From the NCBI GenBank assembly GCA_003566775.1, contig PXBW01000079.1, forward strand, positions 18,635 through 82,634: a stretch of DNA of 64,000 nucleotides, in the 5' to 3' direction. Numbering within the stretch: the stretch's first letter is position 1; every line of letters starts with the position of its first letter. A model generated the notes under the pieces. It did no database searches and was not told where the DNA came from. It was given only the letters and a program-made list of their open reading frames with translations. Positions 38,057 through 47,277 of the stretch are shown piece by piece. The DNA comes from a candidate division WS1 bacterium. GTDB taxonomy: Bacteria; Armatimonadota; Zipacnadia; Zipacnadales; UBA5352. Position numbers and translations under genes: made by a program.

Positions 38057-39358
38057 ATGCAGAGGGCCGCTTCAAGCCGGGCGATGCTTGAGCGATGCGA
38101 GACCTCCTCTGCTGTCCAGGTGGATGAGAGAGTGATCGAGGTGCCGAAGACTTACGAAGAGATCAACGCAAAGATAGGCGCTGGCGACGTGGTGGTGGTC
38201 ACCGCCGAGGAGATGGTGGATGTCGTCGATGACCTCGGAGCCGAAGAGGCCGCGGAGAAGATCGACGTGGTCACCACCGGAACCTTCGGCCCGATGTGTT
38301 CATCGGGGGCCATGATCAACGTCGGGCACGCAACGCCCCGGATCCGCATCTCGCGCGCGTGGCTGAACGACGTGCCTGTCGGCTGCGGTCTGGCGGCGGT
38401 AGACCTGCACATCGGTGCGACCGAGGTGGCCGAGGGAGATCCGCTCAACCGCGAGCATCCGGGCCTGTTCGAGTATGGCGGTGCGCACGTGATAGAGGAC
38501 CTGATAGCCGGTAAGGACGTCCGGCTTAAGGCGCTATCCTACGGGACTGACTGCTATCCGCGGCGGGAGCTTGACACCTGGGTGAATATAGCGGACCTGA
38601 ACGAAGCCTACATGCTCAATCCACGCAACGCATATCAGAACTATAATGTGGCGGTCAACAAGTTCGCCGACCGCGACATATACACCTACATGGGCGTGGT
38701 GAAGCGGGGCCTTGGCAGCGCGAACTACTGCTCGGCGGGACAGCTAAGCCCGCTGCTCAATGATCCACACTACCGGACCATAGGAATCGGTTCAAGGATA
38801 TTCCTCGGCGGCGCTCAGGGCTTCGTCTACTGGCAGGGAACCCAGCACGATCCTACCTGTGAGCGTACCGAGGGGGGAGTGCCCACCGGCGGCGCCGGGA
38901 CTCTCGCGACCGTTGGTGACCTCAAGCAGATGGACAAGCGCTATGCGATGGGAGTGAGCATGTACGGCTACGGGGTCTCCCTTGCACTGGGGATCGGCAC
39001 GGTGATTCCGATCCTTGATGCCGAGATGGCGCGGTTCACCGCCGTCAGCGACGCAGAGATCGTGGCTCCGGTCATAGATTACAGCCATAACTACGGACAT
39101 AACGAGGGCGAACCTCTCGCACATGTCTCCTACGCAGAACTGAAGAGCGGGGCGATCGAACTCGAGGGAAAGACCGTGCCCACCACGCCTCTGTCCAGTT
39201 ACGTGCGCGCAAGAGAGATCGCACAGAAGCTCAAAGAGTGGATCGAGCAGGGGCAGTTCATGTTGAGTGAGCCGGTGCAGGCGCTCCCGTCGGCGGAGGA
39301 ATCCGCGGGATTCCGCCCGCTGAAGCATCGTCCGGTCAAACAGGAAGGCGGCGAATGA
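38057..39358 (+). CDS. homocysteine biosynthesis protein, COG1900/DUF39 family (methanogen-type sulfur-incorporation enzyme, MA1821-like)
   Basis: 433 aa, full-length similarity pattern to DUF39. Immediately followed by its canonical NIL-ferredoxin partner. True start may be an internal Met (MLERCE). Confidence 0.8.
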   Translation: MQRAASSRAMLERCETSSAVQVDERVIEVPKTYEEINAKIGAGDVVVVTAEEMVDVVDDLGAEEAAEKIDVVTTGTFGPMCSSGAMINVGHATPRIRISRAWLNDVPVGCGLAAVDLHIGATEVAEGDPLNREHPGLFEYGGAHVIEDLIAGKDVRLKALSYGTDCYPRRELDTWVNIADLNEAYMLNPRNAYQNYNVAVNKFADRDIYTYMGVVKRGLGSANYCSAGQLSPLLNDPHYRTIGIGSRIFLGGAQGFVYWQGTQHDPTCERTEGGVPTGGAGTLATVGDLKQMDKRYAMGVSMYGYGVSLALGIGTVIPILDAEMARFTAVSDAEIVAPVIDYSHNYGHNEGEPLAHVSYAELKSGAIELEGKTVPTTPLSSYVRAREIAQKLKEWIEQGQFMLSEPVQALPSAEESAGFRPLKHRPVKQEGGE

Positions 39359-39359
39359 G

Positions 39360-39776
39360 ATGGCTGAGAAAGCTGAGACAAGGGTGGTCCTGCATTTTCC
39401 GAAGGCGCTGCTGGACAAGCCGTTGACATCAACCGTGGTACGGCGATTCAATCTCGACTTCAACATATTGCGGGCCGATGTCGGGCGCGACCAGGAGGGA
39501 CTGATGGTGCTCGGCCTCGTGGGTGCCCCTGAGAGCATCGAAGGCGCCATCGAGTGGATGCGCGAGCAGGGAGTGCGCGCGCAGCCGCTGGAACAGGATG
39601 TTCTGCGGGATCGCGATCGCTGCACAGACTGCGGGGCGTGTATCGTGATCTGCCCGACCGACGCACTTGTGATCGACCCTCAGACAGGCGAGGTCATCTT
39701 CAACGCCGACGAGTGCGTGGCCTGTGGCATCTGTGTCCCGGTCTGTCCACCTCGCGCGATGTCGATCAAGTTCTGA
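39360..39776 (+). CDS. NIL-domain plus 4Fe-4S ferredoxin protein (COG2122-type partner of COG1900, MA1822-like)
   Basis: 138 aa. N-terminal NIL-like domain, then two CxxCxxCxxxCP ferredoxin motifs (CTDCGACIVICP, CVACGICVPVCP). 2 nt after the upstream gene. Confidence 0.85.
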   Translation: MAEKAETRVVLHFPKALLDKPLTSTVVRRFNLDFNILRADVGRDQEGLMVLGLVGAPESIEGAIEWMREQGVRAQPLEQDVLRDRDRCTDCGACIVICPTDALVIDPQTGEVIFNADECVACGICVPVCPPRAMSIKF

Positions 39777-39814
39777 GTCGGTGCCGCTGGTGCCTCCGGA
39801 TGGACAATAAATAA

Positions 39815-39837
39815 GCCCGCGGCTCGAAGCCGCGGGC
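39815..39837. terminator. bidirectional intrinsic terminator hairpin GCCCGCGGC-tcgaa-GCCGCGGGC
   Basis: Perfect 9-bp stem between convergent genes. T-rich flank on the minus-strand side (TTATTTATTGT) and CATTTGTCAT on the plus side. Confidence 0.6.
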
Positions 39838-39871
39838 CATTTGTCATCCTGGCTCCTGTGCATTGCGCCTC

Positions 39872-40294
39872 TCAGATCTCCCAGACGGTCTCTCCTTCAT
39901 CTTCGAGACCCGGCCCACCGTCCTCCATGCTCTGGAAGATTCGCTCAACGAAGGTAAGAAGCTCTCTCGGATTGAACGGCTTGGTGAGGTAAGAGCTTAC
40001 CCCTGAAGACCAGCCACGGAAGATGTCCGCATCCTGAGCCTTCGCGGTGAGCATGATCACCGGAATGTCCTGTGTATCCGGATCAGCCTGAAGGCGCTTT
40101 AGCGCCTCGAAGCCGTCCATGCGGGGCATCATCACGTCGAGCACGATCATGTCGGGTTCTTCTTCCTCAACCTTCTCGAGTGCCTCCACGCCGTCGTAGG
40201 CGGTCACAACGTCGTAGCCGGCCCGGGTCAGGTTGACCTCCACCAACCGCACGATATGTCGCTCGTCATCAACTACGAGAATCTTCTTCGCCAT
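39872..40294 (-). CDS. single-domain response regulator (CheY-like receiver)
   Basis: KKILVVDDERHIVRLVEVNL...DMIVLDVMMPRMDGFE...LTAK: receiver domain with phospho-acceptor Asp and conserved Lys. 140 aa, no output domain. Confidence 0.85.
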   Translation of the reverse strand: MAKKILVVDDERHIVRLVEVNLTRAGYDVVTAYDGVEALEKVEEEEPDMIVLDVMMPRMDGFEALKRLQADPDTQDIPVIMLTAKAQDADIFRGWSSGVSSYLTKPFNPRELLTFVERIFQSMEDGGPGLEDEGETVWEI

Positions 40295-40468
40295 GTACAG
40301 CCGCTCCCTCCGTTAGCTCCACCCGTGGGAACTGCGTCCTGCTGCCTATCAGACGCTACGCGGGCTTCGGGGCCATTCGGTGTGCCGCGATTATATCAAA
40401 GCCCCTGGGCCCTGTCAAACCACGCTGGGCGTTGCCTTATGTCGTGATTCAGCCATCCATTGTGCTGC

Positions 40469-42013
40469 TCAGCCATCGGTCGACTCAACCAGCGCCGCGG
40501 TGGTGTCGAACTCGGGCTTAAGTCGTGCATACAGGTTCTGATAAAGCTCGTGGTAACGCGCGTACAGCCCGTGCGCACTCTCGTCGACTCCCGGAGTGTC
40601 AACGAGATCGATGGTGCGCTCACAGGCCTCCGGCACGCCGTCGTAAATTCCCGCCGCGACGGCTGCGAGCAACGCCACGCCGTAGGCCGGACCTTCATCG
40701 ACGTTGATGGTGCTGTGCGGGTGGCCGGTGACATCGGTCTGGATCTGCCGCCAGAGTTCGCTGCGAGCACCGCCACCGGAGGCGCGCACCTCATCGATCG
40801 ACACGCTCATGCTCTCAAGTATTTCGAACGAGTCGCGCAGGCCGAATGCGACACCCTCCAGCACCGCCCGGATCATGTGCGGGCGTTCGTGCCGCAGGCT
40901 CAGTCCGAAGAATACACCGCGCGCATTAGGATTGGGGTAGGGCGTACGCTCACCTGACAGATAGGGGAGAAAGATCAACCCCTCGCTGCCGACCGGCGCC
41001 TGTGCGGCCTCCGCGGCCATCAGTTCGTAAGCATCAACGCCCATGTTGCGGGCGACATCGATCTCCCCCGGGCAAAGGGTGTCACGCAGCCACCGGAGCG
41101 ATCCACCGGCGGAGAGCATCACGCCCATCACATGCCACGTTCCCGGCACCGCGTGGCAGAAGGTATGTGTGCGCAGTTGCTCGTCCACCTTCGGCTCATC
41201 AAGGTGCGCGAAGACCACGCCGGAGGTGCCGGTGCTTACCGAGACGACACCGCCGCGCACGATCCCGTTACCGACCGCGCCCGCCGCCTGGTCGCCGCCG
41301 CCGCCGACCACCGGCGTCCCGGCAGCGAGGCCGGTAAGCTCTGCCGCCTGCGCGCTGATGGTGCCGGTAACCTCGGGCGATTCGTACACCCGTGGCATCC
41401 ACTCCCGCGGCAGTTCGAGGCGATCGAGCATCACCTCGGACCAGCGCCGCTTTGGAACGTTGAATAGCGACGTGCCGGAGGCGTCGGAGACCTCTGTGGC
41501 GTACTCCCCGGTGAGTCGCAGCCGCACGTAGTCCTTGGGCAGCAGCACTTTCTGAACTCGCGCGTAGTGCTCCGGCTCCTCATCGCGCAGCCAGATGATC
41601 TTCGGCGCGGTAAAGCCGGTGAGCACCGGGTTCAGCGTCTCGGCGATCACGTCTTCCTCGCCGACTGTCTGGGTGATGGTGCGACACTGTCGGGCGGTGC
41701 GCTGATCGCACCAGAGGATCGCCGGACGGATGATGTCGTCGTGACTGTCGAGGAAGACTGAGCCGTGCATCTGACCGGAGAGTCCCACGCCGACGATGTC
41801 CTCCGGATCGATCTCCGCCGCCTCTATCGCCGCCGGCACGCTTACGCAGGTGGCGTTCCACCAGTCATCGGGATCCTGCTCCGCCCATCCGGGCCGTGGC
41901 GTGGAGAGGTCGTACTCCGTCGCGTGGCTGGCGACGACCGCGCCGTCTTCGTCAATCAGCAGCGCGCGGGTGCTGGTCGTGCCCACGTCGATGCCGAGCA
42001 GGTAAGTCATTGT
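40469..42013 (-). CDS. xylB: xylulokinase (FGGY carbohydrate kinase family)
   Basis: MTYLLGIDVGTTSTRALL start and the FGGY N- and C-terminal domains (GGGARSELWRQI). GGAGGGAGG RBS. The ORF track extends 7 codons upstream. Confidence 0.85.
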   Translation of the reverse strand, partial: TMTYLLGIDVGTTSTRALLIDEDGAVVASHATEYDLSTPRPGWAEQDPDDWWNATCVSVPAAIEAAEIDPEDIVGVGLSGQMHGSVFLDSHDDIIRPAILWCDQRTARQCRTITQTVGEEDVIAETLNPVLTGFTAPKIIWLRDEEPEHYARVQKVLLPKDYVRLRLTGEYATEVSDASGTSLFNVPKRRWSEVMLDRLELPREWMPRVYESPEVTGTISAQAAELTGLAAGTPVVGGGGDQAAGAVGNGIVRGGVVSVSTGTSGVVFAHLDEPKVDEQLRTHTFCHAVPGTWHVMGVMLSAGGSLRWLRDTLCPGEIDVARNMGVDAYELMAAEAAQAPVGSEGLIFLPYLSGERTPYPNPNARGVFFGLSLRHERPHMIRAVLEGVAFGLRDSFEILESMSVSIDEVRASGGGARSELWRQIQTDVTGHPHSTINVDEGPAYGVALLAAVAAGIYDGVPEACERTIDLVDTPGVDESAHGLYARYHELYQNLYARLKPEFDTTAALVESTDG

Positions 42014-42040
42014 CTGCCTCCCTCGCGCATGCAAGCTCTC

Positions 42041-42418
42041 TCAGGCGCGCTCGACCCTGACGGTCTCTCCGGCGCTGACCGATTTCAGCGCGTCGAAGTC
42101 ACCCTCCATCCTGCCAATGACCATCACCGGACTCGCCGGACGGATCTCCTCGGCGGTGCTCATCGGCGTCATGCCGAAGAAAATGCAGAAAGCGGAACCC
42201 GGCGGCCAGTAGCCGAGATCACCGAGTTCGACCGCCGACTGCATGTCCTCGGCGGGAGCGTCCACATCGATGCTGAAGTAGATCTCCTCGCCCCAGGTAC
42301 TGGCCGATGCCTCGACCGGCAGTGCCTCGGCGATCTGCTGCGCGCAATCACTGTCGTTGAGCTGTGCTTCGACTTCCACATCTCCGACCGTGATACGTAT
42401 CGGAACGGACACATTCAT
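42041..42418 (-). CDS. cyclophilin-like-fold protein (DUF369 / PF04126 family)
   Basis: About 125 aa. Motifs WGEEIYF, GDLGYWPPGSAFCIFFG, PASPVMVIG match the cyclophilin-like DUF369 family. Confidence 0.55.
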   Translation of the reverse strand: MNVSVPIRITVGDVEVEAQLNDSDCAQQIAEALPVEASASTWGEEIYFSIDVDAPAEDMQSAVELGDLGYWPPGSAFCIFFGMTPMSTAEEIRPASPVMVIGRMEGDFDALKSVSAGETVRVERA

Positions 42419-42467
42419 CCCTCCTCGCTTCATCCCCGACAACTGCGGATCTGCGGGTGTTCACTGC

Positions 42468-43340
42468 TTACGCGAACAGTCTAAGGTACTGGAGCCCTCG
42501 CGTAAAGCCTTCCTCACGGCCGAGGGCTCGATCCTCATGCTCGATGCTCAGGACACCGTCGAAGCCGTTGTCGCGCAGGCGCGCGACGTAAACGCCCCAG
42601 TCGATCTCACCGAAGCCGGGTATAACGTAACGCCACCAGCTTCGCCCGTCGCGGTTCCCCAGCCAGCGCAGCTTATGCTGCACGATCTCGGTGTCCTTGG
42701 CATGCGTGTGGAAGATGCGATCGGCGAAGACCTCAACGGCGTGAAGGTGGTCGATCTGCTGGTGGTACAGGTGCGATGGGTCGAAGTTGAGCCCGAAGTT
42801 CTCATGTGGGACTGCCTCGAAGATGTGCTCGAAGTGCCCGAGGTGCATGATGTTGGTCGCGAACCAGTTCTCCATCGCGAAGCGCACCCCCATCTCCGCC
42901 GCCCGCGGACAAAGGTCGTTATAGAAGGGTGCGGCGATCTCGTCGATCGTCTCGTAGCGGTCCATCTCGCCGCAGGGCTTGCCCGCGAGGCAGCCCACGT
43001 TCTGCACGCCGTTGGCCGAGGCCATCTCGACGGCCGCGCGCAGGACGTCCTGATTCCTCTCGCGCTCGCTCTCGTCCGCATCGCTGATATCCACGTAGCA
43101 GGCGATCTGACTGATCTGCAATCCAGCGTCGCGTACGCGCTCGATGATCGCCTCGGCCTCGCCCGCCTCCATCTCAACGTTCAGGTGCTCGCAACCGGGT
43201 CTTACGTCGATCTCCAGAGCATCGAAACCGGCCTCGCTTGCGAACTCGACTATCGTGTCCATCTTCTCACCGCGGAAGGGCGCAGTGAGCATTCCCACCT
43301 GCATCTCACTCATCTCCTGTAGCTGCTGTCTCAATCGCAC
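42468..43340 (-). CDS. sugar phosphate isomerase/epimerase (xylose-isomerase-like TIM barrel)
   Basis: AMENW, FDPSHL and HAKD metal-ligand motifs of the xylose-isomerase-like TIM-barrel fold. 290 aa. Confidence 0.75.
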   Translation of the reverse strand: MRLRQQLQEMSEMQVGMLTAPFRGEKMDTIVEFASEAGFDALEIDVRPGCEHLNVEMEAGEAEAIIERVRDAGLQISQIACYVDISDADESERERNQDVLRAAVEMASANGVQNVGCLAGKPCGEMDRYETIDEIAAPFYNDLCPRAAEMGVRFAMENWFATNIMHLGHFEHIFEAVPHENFGLNFDPSHLYHQQIDHLHAVEVFADRIFHTHAKDTEIVQHKLRWLGNRDGRSWWRYVIPGFGEIDWGVYVARLRDNGFDGVLSIEHEDRALGREEGFTRGLQYLRLFA

Positions 43341-44479
43341 TGCTTGCCCGCGAGGAAGCAGCGCACCATCTGTTCGGAGGTGAACGCTATCATAGCCTTC
43401 GCCCTCTCGGGCTCCATCGCCTCCGTGAGAGTCATCGGACCGGTCAGGACCGAAGCGAGTGCGTGGAAGCCACGCTCATGCAGTTTGACGGCATCGAGCG
43501 AGACGCCGCCTCCGATAGCTACCACCGGGATGCTTTGTCTTCCGGCCACCGAGGCAACCCCGGCGGGAGTTTTGCCGAATGCTGTCTGAGTGTCAATCGC
43601 ACCCTCGCCGGTTATGCACAGGTCGGCCTCGCGCATCGCCTCCGGAAGATCCACCGCGTCGATCACGATCTCGACACCGGGTTCGAGATTCGCTCCGCAG
43701 AACGCCACGAGGCCCGCGCCGAGGCCGCCCGCGGCGCCTGCACCCGGAATGTCGCGTACATCGAGACCAAGGTCGCGCTGCACGACATGCGAGAATCTGC
43801 GCAGGTTGCGGTCGAGCACCTCGACATCCTTGGACGCTGCACCTTTCTGCGGTCCATAGACGAATGCCGCGCCGTTTTCACCGTAAAGAGGATTGTCCAC
43901 GTCACAGGCCACGCGAATCTCGGCGTCCTCGAGTCGCGGATCGGCGTCGGCCATCTCGATGGTCGCGAGGCGGCCGAGTTCGGCGCCGCCGAAACCGATC
44001 TGCTCGCCGTCCTCGTCCAGGAGGCGCACTCCGAGAGCCGCGGCCATGCCCGCTCCGGCATCCGTGGTCGCGCTGCCGCCGATGCCCACTATGAGCTTGC
44101 GCCGTCCCTCGTCGAGCGCCGCCCGGATAAGTTCGCCCGTGCCGAAAGTCGTCGTCTTTAGCGGATCGCGCCGGTCTTCCGGCACCAGTGGCAGCCCCGA
44201 CGCGGCGGCCATCTCGATCACGGCGGTCTCATCGTCCCCCAGCAGGCCGTAGGTGGCCTCAACCGCTTCTCCCAGCGGCCCGGTGACGCTCTCGGTCACC
44301 AGTTTACCGTCTGTCGCATCAACCAGGGACTGCACGGTACCCTCGCCGCCGTCCGCCATGGGGACCTGCGCGATCTCGAACTCGGGGTCGATCCTCTCGA
44401 TGCCGGCGGCGGCGGCCTCGCAGACCTCAAGGGCGGTGAGACAGCCCTTGAAGGAATCGGGCGCGATGACGATTCTCAC
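43331..44479 (-). CDS. glycerate kinase (GlxK/GarK family)
   Basis: VRIVIAPDSFKGCLTA start, a GTG with an AGGAGTG RBS at 44479. GxGGSATTDAG and downstream motifs of the glycerate kinase I family. The ORF track extends to 44515. Confidence 0.85.
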   Translation of the reverse strand: MRIVIAPDSFKGCLTALEVCEAAAAGIERIDPEFEIAQVPMADGGEGTVQSLVDATDGKLVTESVTGPLGEAVEATYGLLGDDETAVIEMAAASGLPLVPEDRRDPLKTTTFGTGELIRAALDEGRRKLIVGIGGSATTDAGAGMAAALGVRLLDEDGEQIGFGGAELGRLATIEMADADPRLEDAEIRVACDVDNPLYGENGAAFVYGPQKGAASKDVEVLDRNLRRFSHVVQRDLGLDVRDIPGAGAAGGLGAGLVAFCGANLEPGVEIVIDAVDLPEAMREADLCITGEGAIDTQTAFGKTPAGVASVAGRQSIPVVAIGGGVSLDAVKLHERGFHALASVLTGPMTLTEAMEPERAKAMIAFTSEQMVRCFLAGKQCD

Positions 44480-44560
44480 GGATCTCAGCACTCCTGTTGA
44501 AGCCGCGGCAGCCACCCGGTGGCGGCCGCCGCGGCCGTTGGTGTCGCTGGATGATGCGTC

Positions 44561-45508
44561 TTACGCACCGAGCATCGCCCACGCCTGCTGGAAGGCGCGC
44601 TTGGTGCCTGCGATCAGCAGGTCGGAATCCTCATCACCGACCGGTGCTACCTCAAAGGTCACGATCGGCCTGTCAGTCGGAAGCTCCTTGTCGAAGTAGC
44701 CCACGTATATCAGCGTCTCGAGGAAGCGCACCAGATCCTCGACGTCGTTCTCGCTGCCCGGATAGCCGAAGCCGGGGTGCTTGTCACCGTAGGCATCATG
44801 GTGCTCGTCTTCCATCAAGGCGTTGCCCACGTGGATGTGGATCAGGTGATCGACGGTGGGCGCGAGGAACTCCTGCGCGCTCTCGCTCAGAAGCGGCATG
44901 TGTGAGAGGTCCTGCGTCAGACCGAAGTTGTGCACCTGCTCCTTGACGCGATCCGCAAGCTCGACCGCGCGCGGCGTGGGCCCGATGAGCGAGCACTTGT
45001 CGATCGTGTCATCGAACTGCTCAAGCGAGAGCCACACCGGCTCCCCGTCGCCCGCCTTGCTCTGCGAGTACTCGCAAAGCTCCACGCACGAATCCACCAT
45101 CGCAGCCATCGCGCTGTCGCGGTCCTCCGGGTTGTCCGGTCCGGAGAGGAAAGCACAGATCCGGCAGCCCAGTTCGTACGCCTGATCGATCGAGTTCTTC
45201 ACTGCGTCCACGGCCTTCTTCCGCTCGCCGTCATCAAGCGAGTTGATGTCGAGTTGGTTGATAAGCAGCGGCGGCTGTGAGCCCATCCCGAGCTTGATGT
45301 GGCTGGTCATTGCGATCTGCTTGAGCCCGTCAATTACCCCCTGATGCTGACTGGGGCGGACCTCCAGCACCTGAAAGAAATCGTCGAGGGCGATCTTCCT
45401 TGCGGTCTCGAGGATCATGTCAGGGTCATCGTCCTGGATGATCGGGTAGGCCATGAAGTGAACGATCCCGAGGTCCATCATGTCGCGCCAGTGTTTGTCG
45501 CTGTACAT
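44561..45508 (-). CDS. sugar phosphate isomerase/epimerase-like TIM-barrel protein
   Basis: 315 aa. Xylose-isomerase-like TIM-barrel pattern (FEVAPVGDED, HIHVGN). Confidence 0.65.
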   Translation of the reverse strand: MYSDKHWRDMMDLGIVHFMAYPIIQDDDPDMILETARKIALDDFFQVLEVRPSQHQGVIDGLKQIAMTSHIKLGMGSQPPLLINQLDINSLDDGERKKAVDAVKNSIDQAYELGCRICAFLSGPDNPEDRDSAMAAMVDSCVELCEYSQSKAGDGEPVWLSLEQFDDTIDKCSLIGPTPRAVELADRVKEQVHNFGLTQDLSHMPLLSESAQEFLAPTVDHLIHIHVGNALMEDEHHDAYGDKHPGFGYPGSENDVEDLVRFLETLIYVGYFDKELPTDRPIVTFEVAPVGDEDSDLLIAGTKRAFQQAWAMLGA

Positions 45509-45809
45509 AACTATCCTCCCGTGCGCCGTGAGTGCGGCGCCGAACGTTACTTACACACGGAGTGGGCCCGCAAGCGGGCGCCGATGCTCCGGAGTTGTTG
45601 CCGGTACCAGTTATTCTCCGATGCACCGGCAATTCCTCCACCGATCTCACATTCCTGCGGCAACTCCTCGGCAGAAAGCGGGGTTCTCACCAGCGACTTC
45701 TCCGGTGGGCCTTCACCGGACGGTGGCGGAATCCCGATGCAGGTCATGGGGCATCGACGGAGAAATGCCCCCCAGGCTCTGTATCAACGGAAGGAGAGCT
45801 ACCTTGAAG

Positions 45810-47105
45810 ATGAACCGGCTGGTCATGATGGCTGCGGCGATGTCTCTGTGTACGGCCGTTATCGCGCAGGACAATCCCTCGCCCCCTGAGGAACCGTCCC
45901 GCGTGCTGGCCATCGTCGAGGACACTGAGATTAGCTCTGATGACCTCTGGTGGTTTATGGAGCAGACGCGCGGGGGCGATATACTCGATGAACTGATACT
46001 GAGCCGACTGCTTGACGCAGAGGCGAAGCAGAAGCAGATCAACATCGGGGAGCCGGATGTGGACGAGGCGCTCGCCCGGTTGCGGGAGCAGTATGCCACT
46101 GAGGAGGAATTCAGCCGCTGGCTGGCAGAGAGCGGTCAGACACTCAAGGGGCTCAGGATGCAGTTGCAGCAGGAGCTTCTCATCGACCGCCTGCTGGAGG
46201 AGCGCATGGGGCTCACCGATGAGGGTATCCGAAGATACTACGAATCACATCCGCACGAGTTCACCGAGGAACCGCGCGTACGTCTGCTGGACATAGTGAC
46301 AGACACGATCGCCGACGCCTTCGCGGCGCGTGAGCGGCTGGCCGCTGGGGAATCTTTCGCCGAAGTTGCGCGCGAGATGTCGCAGGACCCAACCGCCAAG
46401 GAGGGCGGCGATCGTGGCTGGCTCACGCCCGAGGACGTTCGCAATGCGGATCTGCGTGAAGTCATATTCGAGTTGCAGGAGGGCGAGGTCTCCGATCCGA
46501 TCGAAGCGGTGGATCACTTTCACGTGCTCTATGCGCGGGAGGCAGTTCCCGGCCGCCTGCCGGATCTGGAGGAGGTGCGCCCGCAGGTGATTGAGCGTAT
46601 CCGTGAGCGGCGTGGCATCTCGGAGGAACTCTTCCTGGCACTGCTCAAGCGCCGTGCCGAGATCGAGGTCAGATGGCCCGAGCATCAACATCTAAACGAC
46701 TACTACGCCGATCTGAGCAGAATCAAGGTCGTTGTCGATGATCGGCGCGTCGAGGTTCCGGTGGAGCCGCGTCTGCTGCCGAACTCGAATCTGATAGTGC
46801 CGGCTCAGCCTCTTCTCGAGGCGATGGGCGCTGACGTGGCGTGGAGCGAGGAGGCCGGTGTGCTGGAGGTGCGGCGGGATGGCGTCACTCTCCGCATGGT
46901 CCAGGGCCTCGATATAATGGCCACGGGTGAAGAGGAGCGACGGATGCCGGAGCCGGCGCGACGGGAGGACGGCGTGCTGATGATCTCGCCGCGCGCGCCC
47001 GTATCTGCACTCGGCGGCGAGCTTTTCTGGAACCGCGCGGACAATACTTTGTATGTTAACTCGTACATCGACGATACGGTCGGAGAGATGAACGAACTCC
47101 CGTAG
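45810..47105 (+). CDS. secreted SurA/PrsA-like parvulin peptidyl-prolyl isomerase with C-terminal Cu-amine-oxidase-N-terminal-like domain
   Basis: Signal peptide MNRLVMMAAAMSLCTAVIAQ. SurA-like chaperone N-domain. PpiC/parvulin motif (VAREMSQDPTAKEGGDRGWL). C-terminal domain (IVPAQPLLEAMGADVAWSEEAGVLEV) resembling the Cu_amine_oxidN1 beta domain. AAGGAGAG RBS before the ATG at 45810; the ORF track starts at 45480. Confidence 0.65.
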   Translation: MNRLVMMAAAMSLCTAVIAQDNPSPPEEPSRVLAIVEDTEISSDDLWWFMEQTRGGDILDELILSRLLDAEAKQKQINIGEPDVDEALARLREQYATEEEFSRWLAESGQTLKGLRMQLQQELLIDRLLEERMGLTDEGIRRYYESHPHEFTEEPRVRLLDIVTDTIADAFAARERLAAGESFAEVAREMSQDPTAKEGGDRGWLTPEDVRNADLREVIFELQEGEVSDPIEAVDHFHVLYAREAVPGRLPDLEEVRPQVIERIRERRGISEELFLALLKRRAEIEVRWPEHQHLNDYYADLSRIKVVVDDRRVEVPVEPRLLPNSNLIVPAQPLLEAMGADVAWSEEAGVLEVRRDGVTLRMVQGLDIMATGEEERRMPEPARREDGVLMISPRAPVSALGGELFWNRADNTLYVNSYIDDTVGEMNELP

Positions 47106-47277
47106 CCACATCGGGCGCAGGGGAGTCGTCGGGGATGGGCGGCCTCTGCAGCGGCAGGGGCCGCGCTCTGTGACCGAAGGCATTCAGTACATGACACCAG
47201 ACACTACTGCCGAGGGACTGCGCAACTGGCTTATGTCCGTGGCGAGGCCGCAGGGAAGCCCTGTCTGAGGGAGATTA

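Noticed and set aside
43463-44161. Several plus-strand ORFs (232 aa, 171 aa, 119 aa) inside the glycerate kinase gene
   Set aside because: Antisense GC artefacts. The minus-strand glycerate kinase has full-length family motifs.
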